The position numbers were made by a program, and so were the translations under genes. 64,000 nt of DNA. It comes from Thermoplasmata archaeon (GTDB taxonomy: Archaea > Thermoplasmatota > Thermoplasmata > Lutacidiplasmatales > UBA184). The stretch's first letter is position 1. Each line of letters begins with the position of its first letter. The stretch covers positions 2,202-66,201 of the forward strand of contig DATJWA010000001.1 in the NCBI GenBank assembly GCA_035501555.1, in the 5' to 3' direction. Of the stretch, positions 1 through 9,455 are shown in pieces. The notes beneath the pieces were generated by a model. The model worked only from the letters and a program-made list of their open reading frames with translations, ran no database searches and was not told the origin of the DNA.

Positions 1-2
1 CG

Positions 3-758
3 GTGCGGGGAGGAGGGAGGAGCTTGGCTCGGGGTCGCCGGGAGGTCGTGGTCGGACGGATCGCCCGGATGGACCGCGACCGTCCCCGGAGGGTCGGCAT
101 CCCCGAGGTGGTCCTGGGGGAGGGCAAGACCGTCGGCCACCTCCTCGAGATCCTGCGGCGGCTCCATGGGGAGGGGATGGGGGCCCTCGTCTCCCGCCCC
201 ACCCGGTCCCAGCGCACGGCGATCGCGCGAGCGGCCCGGGACGGCCTGCCCACGAAAGAGCTGGCCGGGGGCCGGTTGATCCGCCTGGCCGGTCCCCTCG
301 GCGCCGACTACCGAGAAGGCCTGGTGGCCGTCGTCACCGCGGGCACGAGCGACATTCCGCTGGCGGAGGAGGCACGGGGAATCCTGGAGGAGCTCGGGCT
401 TCGCGTGGTGTCCGCGAACGATGTCGGGGTCGCCGGCCTACACCGGCTGTTGCGAGCGTTGCGGTCGCTCGAGCGCTCGGGGCCCGAGATCTATCTCGTC
501 TTCGCGGGACGGGAGGGCGCCCTGCCCACGGTCGTCGCCGGCATGGTCCACGCCCCCGTGGTCGGCGTGCCGACCTCTGTGGGGTACGGACGCGGGGGGC
601 GGGGAGAGGCTGCGCTGAACGCGATGCTCCAGTCCTGTGCCCCCCTCGCCGTGGTCAACATTGACGCGGCGGTGCCCGCAGCGCTGTTCGCAGCCCAGCG
701 ATTCGCCCGGCCGGTCCGCGGCCGGGGACGCGGCAAGAAGGCGCCCCGGTCCCGATGA
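3..758 (+). CDS. larB: LarB-family PurE-like (AIR carboxylase-related) protein, 5' end probably outside the window
   Basis: N-terminal LarB-type segment (GIPEVVLGEGKT) then a PurE-like fold (VVTAGTSDIPLAEEA...VSANDVGVAGL...VFAGREGALPTVVAGM..PVVGVPTS). No stop upstream of nt 3. ATGA overlap with the next gene. Confidence 0.5.
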   Translation: MRGGGRSLARGRREVVVGRIARMDRDRPRRVGIPEVVLGEGKTVGHLLEILRRLHGEGMGALVSRPTRSQRTAIARAARDGLPTKELAGGRLIRLAGPLGADYREGLVAVVTAGTSDIPLAEEARGILEELGLRVVSANDVGVAGLHRLLRALRSLERSGPEIYLVFAGREGALPTVVAGMVHAPVVGVPTSVGYGRGGRGEAALNAMLQSCAPLAVVNIDAAVPAALFAAQRFARPVRGRGRGKKAPRSR

Positions 759-1438
759 CCGAGCCGCCCTCCCCATCGGCCTGGCCCCCCCTCGAGACCC
801 GGCGGGCCGGGTTCGAACGCATCTATACCGAGCAGCCGGAGCGGTTCACCGGCGGGCCCAGCCGGTTCGCCTCCTGGGCCCTCGAGGTCCTCCGGACCCA
901 CGTCCCCGCCGGGCGCGTGCTCGACCTCGGGTGCGGCCTCGGGCGCGACGCCCGGCACCTGGCCGCCTCCGGGTACTCGGTGCTCGCGACCGACTTCTCG
1001 CCGACCGCGATCGCTCGAGCGCGGGCGGTTCCCGATGCGCCGCGGGGCCTCCGGTTCGAGGCCACTGACGCCGTGAGCGCCCTCCAGTCCGGGCGGGATG
1101 GCTCCTGGGACGTCGTGTATTCCCACGCCGTCTACATGATGCTCTCGGACGAGGAGCTCGCCACCGTGTTCCGGGAGGTCCGGCGCGTGCTGCGGCCCGG
1201 CGGCCTCCACCTCTACGCGGTCCGCTCCGTGACCGACCCAGCGGCAGGCCATGGGGAGGAGGTCGCCCCCGACGTCTGGCGCCGCCTTGCCCCGCCGGGA
1301 GGGTCGGGGCCGCTCCCTCCGTACCGGTACTTCCGCCCCGAGACCCTGGACCGGTGGACCCGGACCGGCTTCGAGCGGGTGGCGGCCGAGCTGGCCGCGG
1401 ACCTCCACTTCTGGTTCGTCGCCGACCGTCGCCCCTGA
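755..1438 (+). CDS. class I SAM-dependent methyltransferase
   Basis: Motif I VLDLGCGLGRDARHLAASGYSVLATDFSPTAI, motif II/III context VVYSHAVYMML...LRPGGL. Confidence 0.6.
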   Translation: MTEPPSPSAWPPLETRRAGFERIYTEQPERFTGGPSRFASWALEVLRTHVPAGRVLDLGCGLGRDARHLAASGYSVLATDFSPTAIARARAVPDAPRGLRFEATDAVSALQSGRDGSWDVVYSHAVYMMLSDEELATVFREVRRVLRPGGLHLYAVRSVTDPAAGHGEEVAPDVWRRLAPPGGSGPLPPYRYFRPETLDRWTRTGFERVAAELAADLHFWFVADRRP

Positions 1439-1512
1439 GGGGGTCTGTCGGACGACCCCGGAAGGGCTTTTCTGGGGTCCGATGCCTCCGGCCGGACGTG
1501 CCGTCGCGCTCG

Positions 1513-2400
1513 ATGCTCTCCGAGGAGGGGGAGGAACGGGAAGCCGCGACCCGGACCCGCCTCCGCGAGCTCGAGTCGAAGTTCCGCTCCCTCGAGGACA
1601 AGCGCCGGGCCCTGATCGACGAGATGCGCCGCCTCTCGGGCGAGCAGAAGGCGCTCTACGACCGTCGCCAGGCCCCGCAGGCGGAGGTCGAACAGATGTA
1701 CGCGGAGCACGGGGAGCTCGGCCACCGGCTCGTCGCCACCCGCAAGGCCCTCGAGGCGGCCCGCCGACACCTGGAGGCGGCCGTTGCCGGGCTCCGCGAG
1801 CTCCGAGCCGGCTTCCCCCCGACCGACCGGCTCCGTCCCGCGCAGCTGAAGCGGGAGATCGCGGAGATGGAGCACCGCCAGCAGACCTCGGTGCTCAGCC
1901 TGGACGACGAGAAGGCGCTGATCCTCCGCCTGCGCGAGCGGACCAAGGAGCTGAAGGAGGCCGAGGCCCGGGTCGCGGTCGTCGCCGAGCACGAGCGCCT
2001 CCGCAAGGAGGCGGAGGGGAGGGTGACGGCCTGCCGGGGGGAGGTCGACCGGCTCGTCCTCGAGCTCACGACGACCCGAAAGGAGCGGGACGCCAAGATG
2101 GAGGCGATCCGCGCGCGCCTCGTGGACGCGGGCGGGGTGGTGGCCGAGCTGCGGGCGAAGGGAAAGGCCCGGGCGGCCGTGATGGAGCAGATCGACCGCG
2201 TGAGCGGGGAGATGGCCGGGGTCGACCGGGAGGCCCATCAGCTGATCGGGGAGTCCCGGGCCCGGCGCGAGGAGGCCCGTCGCACGATGCGCACCTACTC
2301 CCGCTCGGCGCACCGGACGACCGAGGACATGATCGCCTCGGCGGCCGAGGCGAACCTCGAGGAGCTCCTGAAGCGGGGCAAGGTCACCCTCGGCGGGTGA
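1513..2400 (+). CDS. archaeal coiled-coil protein of unknown function (COG1340-like)
   Basis: About 295 aa, almost entirely heptad-like charged helices (LRELESKFRSLEDKRRALIDEMRRL...). Start placed at first ATG (1513) after the upstream gene; the longer ORF from 1354 overlaps the methyltransferase. Confidence 0.4.
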   Translation: MLSEEGEEREAATRTRLRELESKFRSLEDKRRALIDEMRRLSGEQKALYDRRQAPQAEVEQMYAEHGELGHRLVATRKALEAARRHLEAAVAGLRELRAGFPPTDRLRPAQLKREIAEMEHRQQTSVLSLDDEKALILRLRERTKELKEAEARVAVVAEHERLRKEAEGRVTACRGEVDRLVLELTTTRKERDAKMEAIRARLVDAGGVVAELRAKGKARAAVMEQIDRVSGEMAGVDREAHQLIGESRARREEARRTMRTYSRSAHRTTEDMIASAAEANLEELLKRGKVTLGG

Positions 2401-2425
2401 ACGACGGGCACGGGCCGGGCGGCGC

Positions 2426-3358
2426 TCAGCTCGTGACGATGGAGACGAGCGTGATCCGGAACGCCAGGCTCTGGCCGACGACCTCCGAGTTCCAGTTCAT
2501 CGTGTAGGTCTGGTTCGCCAGGTTCACGCCCGCGATCAGGAAGTGGGTGGTCGGGACCCCCCCGCACGAGCGGCTGGTCGGGAAGCTGCCGACGAAGCTG
2601 GCGTAGTTCTGGACGGTGATGCCGTTGAGCAGCGTGATGGAGGTCGAGTTGATCGCGGTGACCGTCGCGTTCCACCCGCTCAGGTGCGAGACGAACCCGA
2701 TGGTCGGCAGGCTCTCCACCGTGACCCAGCTCGCGTTGGCGGCGAAGACGAGGTCGGTCCAGTCGTAGACCGGGTCGGCGAAGGTCGCACCGAGCGTGGG
2801 GGAAGCGCCCGGGTAGGTCGTGGAGAAGTTGGCGGCCGGCACGACGTTCAGCACGGGGGTGCTGAAGCTCAGCGGGGCGGTCGCCTCGCACGCGGGGTTG
2901 AGCGGCCCGTAGGCCAGGTTGACCGGGATCGTCACCCACCGGCTCTGGTTCACGACCATGCCGAGCATCCCCTGCCAGAAGCCCGGGACGACGCCCGAGA
3001 ACGTCTGGTTCCCGACCGTGTACTGGCCGTTGTAGGAGCCGAGGTAGACCCCGAGAGGCGTGTAGCTGCTCGCCGACCCCGAGTGCGTGTAGGGGAACTC
3101 GAGGGACTTCGGGTAGGAGGCGTTGTCGAGGTACACCGAGTAGATCGACGTGTCGAAGACCCGGCCCGTCTCGGGCCCGCTCGCGAACTCCCCGATGTAG
3201 TTCACCGTGACGTTGTCGCCGGCCTGGCTGGTCGGCGGGCCGGCGTTGGACGGCGGCACGAGGTACTTGTGAGCGAAATAGAGGCCGGCCCCGGCGACGG
3301 CGATCACGACCACGATGAGCACGACCACGAGGATGCGGGAGGGGCCGGTGGTTGCCAT
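2426..3358 (-). CDS. membrane-anchored, sequon-rich FKBP-type peptidyl-prolyl isomerase with C-terminal extension
   Basis: N-terminal TM (ILVVVLIVVVIAVAGAGLYF). FKBP signatures VTVNYIGEFASG..GRVFDTSI and GFWQGMLGM....WVTIPVNLAYGP match archaeal FKBP cores. At least 8 N-x-S/T sequons. Confidence 0.5.
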   Translation of the reverse strand: MATTGPSRILVVVLIVVVIAVAGAGLYFAHKYLVPPSNAGPPTSQAGDNVTVNYIGEFASGPETGRVFDTSIYSVYLDNASYPKSLEFPYTHSGSASSYTPLGVYLGSYNGQYTVGNQTFSGVVPGFWQGMLGMVVNQSRWVTIPVNLAYGPLNPACEATAPLSFSTPVLNVVPAANFSTTYPGASPTLGATFADPVYDWTDLVFAANASWVTVESLPTIGFVSHLSGWNATVTAINSTSITLLNGITVQNYASFVGSFPTSRSCGGVPTTHFLIAGVNLANQTYTMNWNSEVVGQSLAFRITLVSIVTS

Positions 3359-3505
3359 GGTGTCAGAGCGTCGACGGGGAGGTGGGGGTCAGTTCGTCGC
3401 AGGTCTCGTCACGGGATCGGAGAGACAGGTGGTCCTCATTCCCCCGCGCCCCCGAGTCCGCCCCTGATATAAATGCTCCCGACCGCGCAGAGCGGGCCTC
3501 GGGCC

Positions 3506-4432
3506 TTAGGACGGTCGTTGCGAGAGCCGGAGCTTCCCGACGATCGGTTCCTCGACGACCCCCTCCTCCTCGAGGCGCGTGAGGACCTCCTCCGCGCGGG
3601 TCCCGACGAGCCCCTGCGAGCTCACCCGGGCGAGCAGTTCCCGCCGGTCGGCGTAGCTGTCGAGCGAGGCGTCCGCCACCTGGTCGAGGAGATCGAGGAC
3701 GAGCGCCTCCTCGGCTCGCTCGGCGGCACTGGGGGGCGCCCGCGCGGGAGGGGGCGCGGCGTGCCGGACCCGGACCGTAGGAGCCGGCGGAGGCGGGGGC
3801 ACGACCGAGGTGGTCCCCCCGACCCGGCGGATGACGGCGGCGAGGCTCGCTCGGAACGGGCCGCGGTCGGCCGACGGATACCGGCGCAAGGACTCCTGCG
3901 CCGCACGGATCCAGAGCGTCGGGGTCCCGTCCGCACCGAGCGCCTCGACCGAGACTTCCGGCTCGGCGACGAGCCGCCCGAGCAGGTCGAGGCGGTCGAG
4001 CGTCTGGCGGGCCACTTCAGCGAGAACGGCCCGTTCCTCCGACTCGGAGACCGACCGGAGCGCCTCGGCGCGGAGGGAGACGTAGCCGGTGCCGTCCCGG
4101 CCGCGGTAGAGGTGGACCTTCCCCACCACCAGCGCGGGGCGCGCGTCGGTGACGGCGCGCAGCTGGGCCATCGCCCGGGGCTGGAAGCTCCCCGCGGTGA
4201 CCACGACCGAGCCGGTCGGGTCGGTCAGTCGGGCTCGCCAGAACGGCTGGGTCTCCTCCCGTCCGACCGCCTCGGCCGGCGACAACGTGCCCGCGACCAG
4301 CACTCGGTTGAATCGACCCCCGAACGGCGAGACAAGGTAGGAGGCGGCCCGTTCCCCGGACCCCCGTTCCTCCTCGGTGGAGGCCTCGAGCTCCCGGGCG
4401 GTGACGCGCCAGGCCGGCTCGCGGAAGCTCAT
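3506..4432 (-). CDS. RPA-associated protein (RPAP-like OB-fold protein), co-operonic with rpa
   Basis: ATGA-coupled immediately downstream of rpa on the same strand. OB-fold-like core (SYLVSPFGGRFNRVLVAGTL...VVGKVHLYRG). The arrangement mirrors euryarchaeal rpa-rpap operons. Confidence 0.4.
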   Translation of the reverse strand: MSFREPAWRVTARELEASTEEERGSGERAASYLVSPFGGRFNRVLVAGTLSPAEAVGREETQPFWRARLTDPTGSVVVTAGSFQPRAMAQLRAVTDARPALVVGKVHLYRGRDGTGYVSLRAEALRSVSESEERAVLAEVARQTLDRLDLLGRLVAEPEVSVEALGADGTPTLWIRAAQESLRRYPSADRGPFRASLAAVIRRVGGTTSVVPPPPPAPTVRVRHAAPPPARAPPSAAERAEEALVLDLLDQVADASLDSYADRRELLARVSSQGLVGTRAEEVLTRLEEEGVVEEPIVGKLRLSQRPS

Positions 4433-5598
4433 CGGCGCGTGCTCCCGAACCGGACGCTGAGCTCCTCCGCGGTCGACTCAAGGTCGACCTCGGCCGAGTC
4501 GATCCGGTCCGGCGTGATCGTGACCCCGAAGTCGTCCTTGGAGCCGGCCCCTCGGACCCGCAGGCGTCGGCCGAGGAGTGCATCGAGCAGCTCACCTTCC
4601 AGGACGGAGACGTCGGGCTGATCGCGAAGGCGGGCGCGGCACGCATCCAGCGTCGTTCCCCACAGACGCTCGGTCTCTGCCCGGCCGGCGTTGACCGTCA
4701 CGGCACCGGTCCCGTCGTCGAGCACGATCCGGGCCCGCAGGTCAAGCTCGCCGGTGACGGCACCGTGCACCCGACAGACCCCGCCCTGCACCGACCGACG
4801 GCACTGAGGGCAACGGTAGACGAGGCCGCTCGGAGGGAGCAGACCAACGACCCGGCCCTCCACGGAGACCGAGGCCCCCCCGCCCTCCTCCTCGACCCGG
4901 GCCATCGAGCGGGGCGGGGCCTCGAGGACCTCGGCCGCTTCGGGGAGGTCGGCCCGCTCGAGGCGACGGACGCTCGTACGCTCGTCCAGCACGAGCTGGA
5001 CCGCTCCCCGGAAGCTCCGGACGTATCCGCCCACGACCTCGACGGCCTCCCCGGGAGCGAGCCGGAAGTCCGACCAGGCGGAGAACGAGACGGTGCCGGT
5101 TCGGTCCGCGAGAAGCCCCTCGAAGACGACCCGCCGCTCCTCCCCGACCGAGACGGTGCGCTCGGCGACGCGCACCACCCGGCCCTCGACCCGGAAGCCT
5201 TCGTCCGGGGGGCGAAGGTCGCGGAGCGCCCGACGAGGGATCTCGGCGGGGTCGAGACGCGGAAGCTCCGCCTCGCTCGCAGGGCCGACCCGCGAGCGCC
5301 AGGTGAACGACACCTCGGGGCGGCCCCGGTACTCCCCGACCTCGGGAGCGACCGCACGGATGACGGTCCCGCGCTCCACCCCCTCACGGGGCGGGTCCCA
5401 CCAGCTGAACCGGACCGTCGCGGTCCCGTCGCTGAGCAGACCCGAGAGCAGGGGCCGACGACTCCCATCGGACTTGCGGGTCACCTCGCGCCGCTGGCAC
5501 GTGACGATTCGGGCGACGAACTCGACCGGGGAGTCGGACGGCTTGAGGTCGCGAAGACGCACCTCCCGGGGAGCTTCGGTGGAGGAATTCGCGGGCAT
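4429..5598 (-). CDS. rpa: replication protein A (ssDNA-binding, multiple OB folds plus zinc ribbon)
   Basis: Repeated OB-fold segments and a C4-type Zn ribbon YRCPQCRRSVQGGVCRVHG. Start chosen at ATG 5598 because an AT-rich TATA-like island (5631-5640) lies about 35 nt upstream; the longer ORF start at 5676 would sit upstream of that island. Confidence 0.6.
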   Translation of the reverse strand: MPANSSTEAPREVRLRDLKPSDSPVEFVARIVTCQRREVTRKSDGSRRPLLSGLLSDGTATVRFSWWDPPREGVERGTVIRAVAPEVGEYRGRPEVSFTWRSRVGPASEAELPRLDPAEIPRRALRDLRPPDEGFRVEGRVVRVAERTVSVGEERRVVFEGLLADRTGTVSFSAWSDFRLAPGEAVEVVGGYVRSFRGAVQLVLDERTSVRRLERADLPEAAEVLEAPPRSMARVEEEGGGASVSVEGRVVGLLPPSGLVYRCPQCRRSVQGGVCRVHGAVTGELDLRARIVLDDGTGAVTVNAGRAETERLWGTTLDACRARLRDQPDVSVLEGELLDALLGRRLRVRGAGSKDDFGVTITPDRIDSAEVDLESTAEELSVRFGSTRR

Positions 5599-5627
5599 CG
5601 AGCGACCCGGCGCGCCAGCGGGCCGGT

Positions 5628-5642
5628 CCGATAAAAGCCTCC
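5628..5642. promoter_or_regulatory. shared AT-rich TATA-like island between divergent rpa and pyrF
   Basis: 'ccgataaaagcctcc' is the only AT-rich stretch in the 60-nt divergent intergenic region. It reads 'ttttatc' toward rpa and 'ataaaag' toward pyrF, each 20-35 nt from the respective ATG. Confidence 0.3.
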
Positions 5643-5657
5643 CGCCCGCCGCGGAGG

Positions 5658-6554
5658 ATGCGGCGAGCCTCCGCACAATCCTTTTCTCCCGAGCCAGCTC
5701 ACCGGCCCTCGGTGGCGCTGCGGTTCATCGACAGGGTGGACCGGATCCTGAAGGCGAGGGACTCGCTCGTCTGCGTCGGACTGGACCCCGACCCGGCGCT
5801 CCTCCCGAAGCCGATCACCCGATTGCCCGCAGGCCGACGCCTGGACCACTTCCTCCACGGGATCGTGGACGCCACGTACGACCACGCGGCGGCCTACAAG
5901 ATGCAGCTCGGCTGCTACCTCGCCTTCGGGGAAGCGGGGATGCGCTCGCTCGCCCGGCTGCCGGGCCGGATCGGCCCGAGCCGCATCCGCATCCTCGACC
6001 TGAAGGCCAACGACATCCCGAACACGATGCGGATGTTCCGGATGGGAGTGTTCGACGAGTTCGGGTTCGACGCCGTGACCGTCACGCCGTGGCTGGGCTG
6101 GGAGACCCTCGGGCCCTTCCTCGAGGACCCCGCCCGGGGGGTCTTCGTCGTGGCGCACTCCTCGAACCCGGGGGCGGTCGACTTCCAGGAGATCCCGACG
6201 CCGCGGGGCCCGCTGTGGCTCGCGATCGTCGGCGAGGTCCGACGGCTCGCCCACGCGCACGGGAACGTCGGGGCGGTGGTCGGGGCGACCTTCGCCGACG
6301 CCTTCCGCACGGCGCGCAGCGCCCTCGGCAACAAGATCCCGATCCTGGTACCCGGGATCGGGGCCCAGGGAGGGTCGCTCGCCACCGCCGTGCGCGAGGG
6401 GGTCGACTCGGAGGGGCGGGCGCTCCTGATCAACGCCTCCCGCTCGATCCTCTACGCCGCCTCCGACGCCACCTGGAAGAAGGCCGCCGGGGCCGAGGCC
6501 GAGCGCCTGAAGGTCCAGGTCAACCAGCTGCGCGCAGGTCTTCGTACAGACTGA
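5658..6554 (+). CDS. pyrF: orotidine 5'-phosphate decarboxylase (type 2, long form)
   Basis: LVCVGLDPDP, ILDLKANDIPNTM, and PGIGAQGG near the C-terminal phosphate-binding loop. Length about 298 aa. Confidence 0.7.
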   Translation: MRRASAQSFSPEPAHRPSVALRFIDRVDRILKARDSLVCVGLDPDPALLPKPITRLPAGRRLDHFLHGIVDATYDHAAAYKMQLGCYLAFGEAGMRSLARLPGRIGPSRIRILDLKANDIPNTMRMFRMGVFDEFGFDAVTVTPWLGWETLGPFLEDPARGVFVVAHSSNPGAVDFQEIPTPRGPLWLAIVGEVRRLAHAHGNVGAVVGATFADAFRTARSALGNKIPILVPGIGAQGGSLATAVREGVDSEGRALLINASRSILYAASDATWKKAAGAEAERLKVQVNQLRAGLRTD

Positions 6555-7653
6555 GAAGTTGGCCGGCGACCGTCGCGAGACCGTAGCGGGCCTCGGCCCG
6601 ACGGCGTCCGGCCGCGCCCATCCGACGCGCGAGCGCCGGGTCGTCGAGCATCGTGCGGACCTTCGCGGCGAGGTCCGAGGCGATCAGGGGCTCGACCAGC
6701 AGTCCCTCCACCCCGGGCTCGATGATCTCGCGGACCCCGGGGAGGTCGGCGACCACGACCGGCAGCCCCATCGCCATCGCCTCGGCGACCACGAGGCCGA
6801 ACCCTTCGAGGCGGCTCTGCGACGGGAAGACGAAGATGTCGGCCAGCGCGAGGAAGAGCGGAAGCTCCTCGTCGCTCACCGCCGGGCAGAACCGCACCCG
6901 GGCCTCGACGTCCAGCCTCCGGGCCATCCCAATGAGCGACGGGAGCCGGGGTCCCGCCCCGATCACGACCAGCACGACGTCGTCCGGGAGCAGGGCCAGT
7001 GCCTCCAGGATCACGTTGACGCCCTTGTGCGGGACGAGCCGCCCGGTGAACGCGAGGACCCTCTTGCCCTCGAGACGCAGCTCACCGCGAAGCCGGCTCG
7101 CGTCCAGCCCCGGCCGGAACCGCTCGAGGTCGACCACCGAGGGGATGACGGCGAGCTCGCGGCCCCTCAGCATCGCCGACGTGACCCCGTAGCTGCGCGT
7201 GTGCACGACCACCCGGTTGACACGGCGCAGGGTCGGCGGCACGAAGAACCGTTGGTAGGCTCCCGCGACGAGCCGCCCGGCCCGACCCGGGAGCTCGAGG
7301 TCGCAATGGTAGGTGAGGCAGACCGGGACCTTCCGGTTCGCGAGCCCCCGGGTCGCGAAGTAGGAGGTGAGGGGGGGCGGATAGTGGAGGTGGACCACGT
7401 CGGCGTCGAGGCGGCGCAACAGGCCGGTCATCCCCGGGTCGATCGGCGTGTTCGCCGCGACGAACAGGGTGCGGGCGCGCAGGATGCGGTACCCCTCCAC
7501 GCGTTCGTCCACGGGGAGGTGCCGGTCGTAGCGGGCCGTGACGACCGTCACGTCGTGGCCCTCGCGCGCGAACTCCCGGGCGAGGTTGCGTACATGGGAT
7601 TCCACCCCACCGGTGTGCGGCGCGAAGAACGGCGCGACCTGGACTATCCGCAC
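6520..7653 (-). CDS. family 4 glycosyltransferase (GT4, Glycos_transf_1)
   Basis: N-terminal MRIVQVAPFFAPHTGGVESHV. C-terminal GT-B EX7E-like region FVFPSQSRLEGFGLVVAEAMAMGLPVV. Confidence 0.7.
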   Translation of the reverse strand: MRIVQVAPFFAPHTGGVESHVRNLAREFAREGHDVTVVTARYDRHLPVDERVEGYRILRARTLFVAANTPIDPGMTGLLRRLDADVVHLHYPPPLTSYFATRGLANRKVPVCLTYHCDLELPGRAGRLVAGAYQRFFVPPTLRRVNRVVVHTRSYGVTSAMLRGRELAVIPSVVDLERFRPGLDASRLRGELRLEGKRVLAFTGRLVPHKGVNVILEALALLPDDVVLVVIGAGPRLPSLIGMARRLDVEARVRFCPAVSDEELPLFLALADIFVFPSQSRLEGFGLVVAEAMAMGLPVVVADLPGVREIIEPGVEGLLVEPLIASDLAAKVRTMLDDPALARRMGAAGRRRAEARYGLATVAGQLLSLYEDLRAAG

Positions 7654-7718
7654 GGGCGACCCCCACGGGGACGAGGGCTATACGGCCAGCGGGAGCCCCG
7701 GTCCCGGGAAGAGAGGAC

Positions 7719-8660
7719 TCACGCCTCGGTCGGTCCCCGTCGGCGCGCCACGGGGGGCTCGGACTCCCGCCCCTGGAGAAGGGCCTCGGGCGGCAGCGTG
7801 ACCACGTCGACCCCCCGCATCGCCTCGCCCAGGCCGGCCGAGACGCGCGCGAGGACCTCGGGCTCCTCGTAGTGGAGGGACGCCTCCACGATCGCCCGGG
7901 CGACCTTCATCGGATGCTCGGACTTGAAGATCCCGCTGCCGACGAACAGCCCGTCGACGCCGAGCAGGCGGCAGAGGGCCGCATCCGCCGGCGTCGCGAT
8001 CCCGCCGGCTGCGAAGTTGACGACCGGTAGGCGTCCGAGCGAGCGTACCTCCTGGCAGACCGTCTCGGTCACGCGCTCCTTCTTCGCCCACGCCGCGACA
8101 TCCCGCTTGGGGAGCTTCACGAGCTCGTCGACCTCGCCGGAGATCTGGCGGATGTGGCGCACGGCCTCGACGACGTTGCCGGTCCCCGCCTCGCCCTTCG
8201 TCCGGATCATCGCAGCTCCCTCGTCGATGCGCCGGAGCGCTTCGCCGAGGTTGCGGGCGCCGCAGACGAACGGCACGGTGAACGCCTTCTTGTCGACGTG
8301 GTGGAACGGGTCGGCCGGCGTGAGGACCTCGGACTCGTCGACCATGTCGACGCCCAGGGACTCTAGAATGCGGGCCTCGGCGGTGTGCCCGATCCGGCAC
8401 TTGGCCATGACCGGGATGGAGACCCGCTCGCGGATCTCGCGGACCTTCACGGGGTCGGCCATCCGGGCGACGCCCCCCGCGGCCCGGATGTCCGCGGGCA
8501 CCCGCTCGAGCGCCATGACCGCGACGGCTCCCGCCTCCTCCGCGATCGCCGCCTGGTCGGCGGTTGTGACGTCCATGATCACCCCGCCCTGCTGCATGCG
8601 CGCGAAGCCGCGCTTCACGAGCTCCGTCCCGAAGCGGAGCTTCTCGATCGGATCGGACAT
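7719..8660 (-). CDS. pdxS: pyridoxal 5'-phosphate synthase lyase subunit PdxS
   Basis: [82 protein letters not shown]. Start at MSDPIEKL. Confidence 0.85.
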   Translation of the reverse strand: MSDPIEKLRFGTELVKRGFARMQQGGVIMDVTTADQAAIAEEAGAVAVMALERVPADIRAAGGVARMADPVKVREIRERVSIPVMAKCRIGHTAEARILESLGVDMVDESEVLTPADPFHHVDKKAFTVPFVCGARNLGEALRRIDEGAAMIRTKGEAGTGNVVEAVRHIRQISGEVDELVKLPKRDVAAWAKKERVTETVCQEVRSLGRLPVVNFAAGGIATPADAALCRLLGVDGLFVGSGIFKSEHPMKVARAIVEASLHYEEPEVLARVSAGLGEAMRGVDVVTLPPEALLQGRESEPPVARRRGPTEA

Positions 8661-8799
8661 CGGACCGTCTTCCCCCGAGCAAACGATGCGGCGCAAGTAT
8701 AAGACCGCGGGGTCGGGCCGGGGTCCGTACGGAGCGGCCCAGGACCCCCGAGGGAGCGCTCGCGCGAACGCTGATATTCGCTCGCGGCTACCGCCCCGG

Positions 8800-9336
8800 G
8801 TGCGGGACGTTCAGATTCGACCGGGTCGGCTGGAGGACCTGGAGGCGATCACCGCCATCTACAACCATTACGTCGCGACCGCCGCCTGCACGTTCGAGAC
8901 CCGGCAGGCGCCGGCCTCCGAGCGGACCGCCTGGTTCGCCCAGCACACCGGTGGCCCGTACCGCCTGTGGGTGGCGGCCCCGGTGGGGGGTCCGGTCGTC
9001 GGCTGGGCGGAGACGGGCAAGTTCCGGCCCCGACCCGCCTACGACACCACGGTCGAGGTGAGCGTCTACCTCTCCCCCGACTGGGTGGGGAACGGGCTCG
9101 GTTCGCGGCTCTACCGGGTGCTCTTCGACTCGATCGCGGAGGAGAAGCTCCACCGGGCCGTCGCGGTGATCGCGCTCCCTAACCCCCCCTCCGTGGCCCT
9201 CCACACGCGGTGGGGGTTCCGGGAGGTCGGCCGCCTCCCCGAGGTCGGCTGGAAGTTCGGCCGGTACTGGGACGTGGGGCTGTTCGCGCGTCCGCTCGAG
9301 CCCGGGCAGGGCGCCCGCCCCGAGGGGAAGCGTTAA
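8800..9336 (+). CDS. GNAT N-acetyltransferase (phosphinothricin acetyltransferase-like)
   Basis: [28 protein letters not shown], and Q/R-x-x-G-x-G/A-like [15 protein letters not shown] start at 8800, preceded by an AT-rich 'ctgatattcg' about 25 nt upstream. Confidence 0.6.
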   Translation: MRDVQIRPGRLEDLEAITAIYNHYVATAACTFETRQAPASERTAWFAQHTGGPYRLWVAAPVGGPVVGWAETGKFRPRPAYDTTVEVSVYLSPDWVGNGLGSRLYRVLFDSIAEEKLHRAVAVIALPNPPSVALHTRWGFREVGRLPEVGWKFGRYWDVGLFARPLEPGQGARPEGKR

Positions 9337-9365
9337 TCGCCCCGGGGCCATCGACTCCCCCGCAG

Positions 9366-9455
9366 GGGGAGCTGGGCACCGGCTGAGAGGACGAGGGGAA
9401 CCTCGTCGACCCCACGAACCTGCTCGGGATAATGCCCGCGAAGGGAACGCAATGC
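9366..9455 (+). ncRNA. TPP (thiamine pyrophosphate) riboswitch, THI element
   Basis: Matches the THI-box: 'gggcacc', 'ggCUGAGAgg', P3 hairpin 'gacgagg..gaa..cctcgtc', then 'GAACCUGcucGGGaUAAUGCCcGCGaAGGGAa' (consensus GAACCUGAUCUGGAUAAUGCCAGCGUAGGGAA). About 40 nt upstream of the SBP start codon. Confidence 0.7.

Noticed and set aside
8806-8830. 'gttcagattcgaccgggtcgg' resembling a tRNA T-arm, plus a general tRNA scan of the window
   Set aside because: It lies inside the GNAT coding start and lacks acceptor-stem or anticodon-arm partners. No other GGTTCRANYCC-type T-loops with cloverleaf context were seen on either strand, so no tRNA is called.
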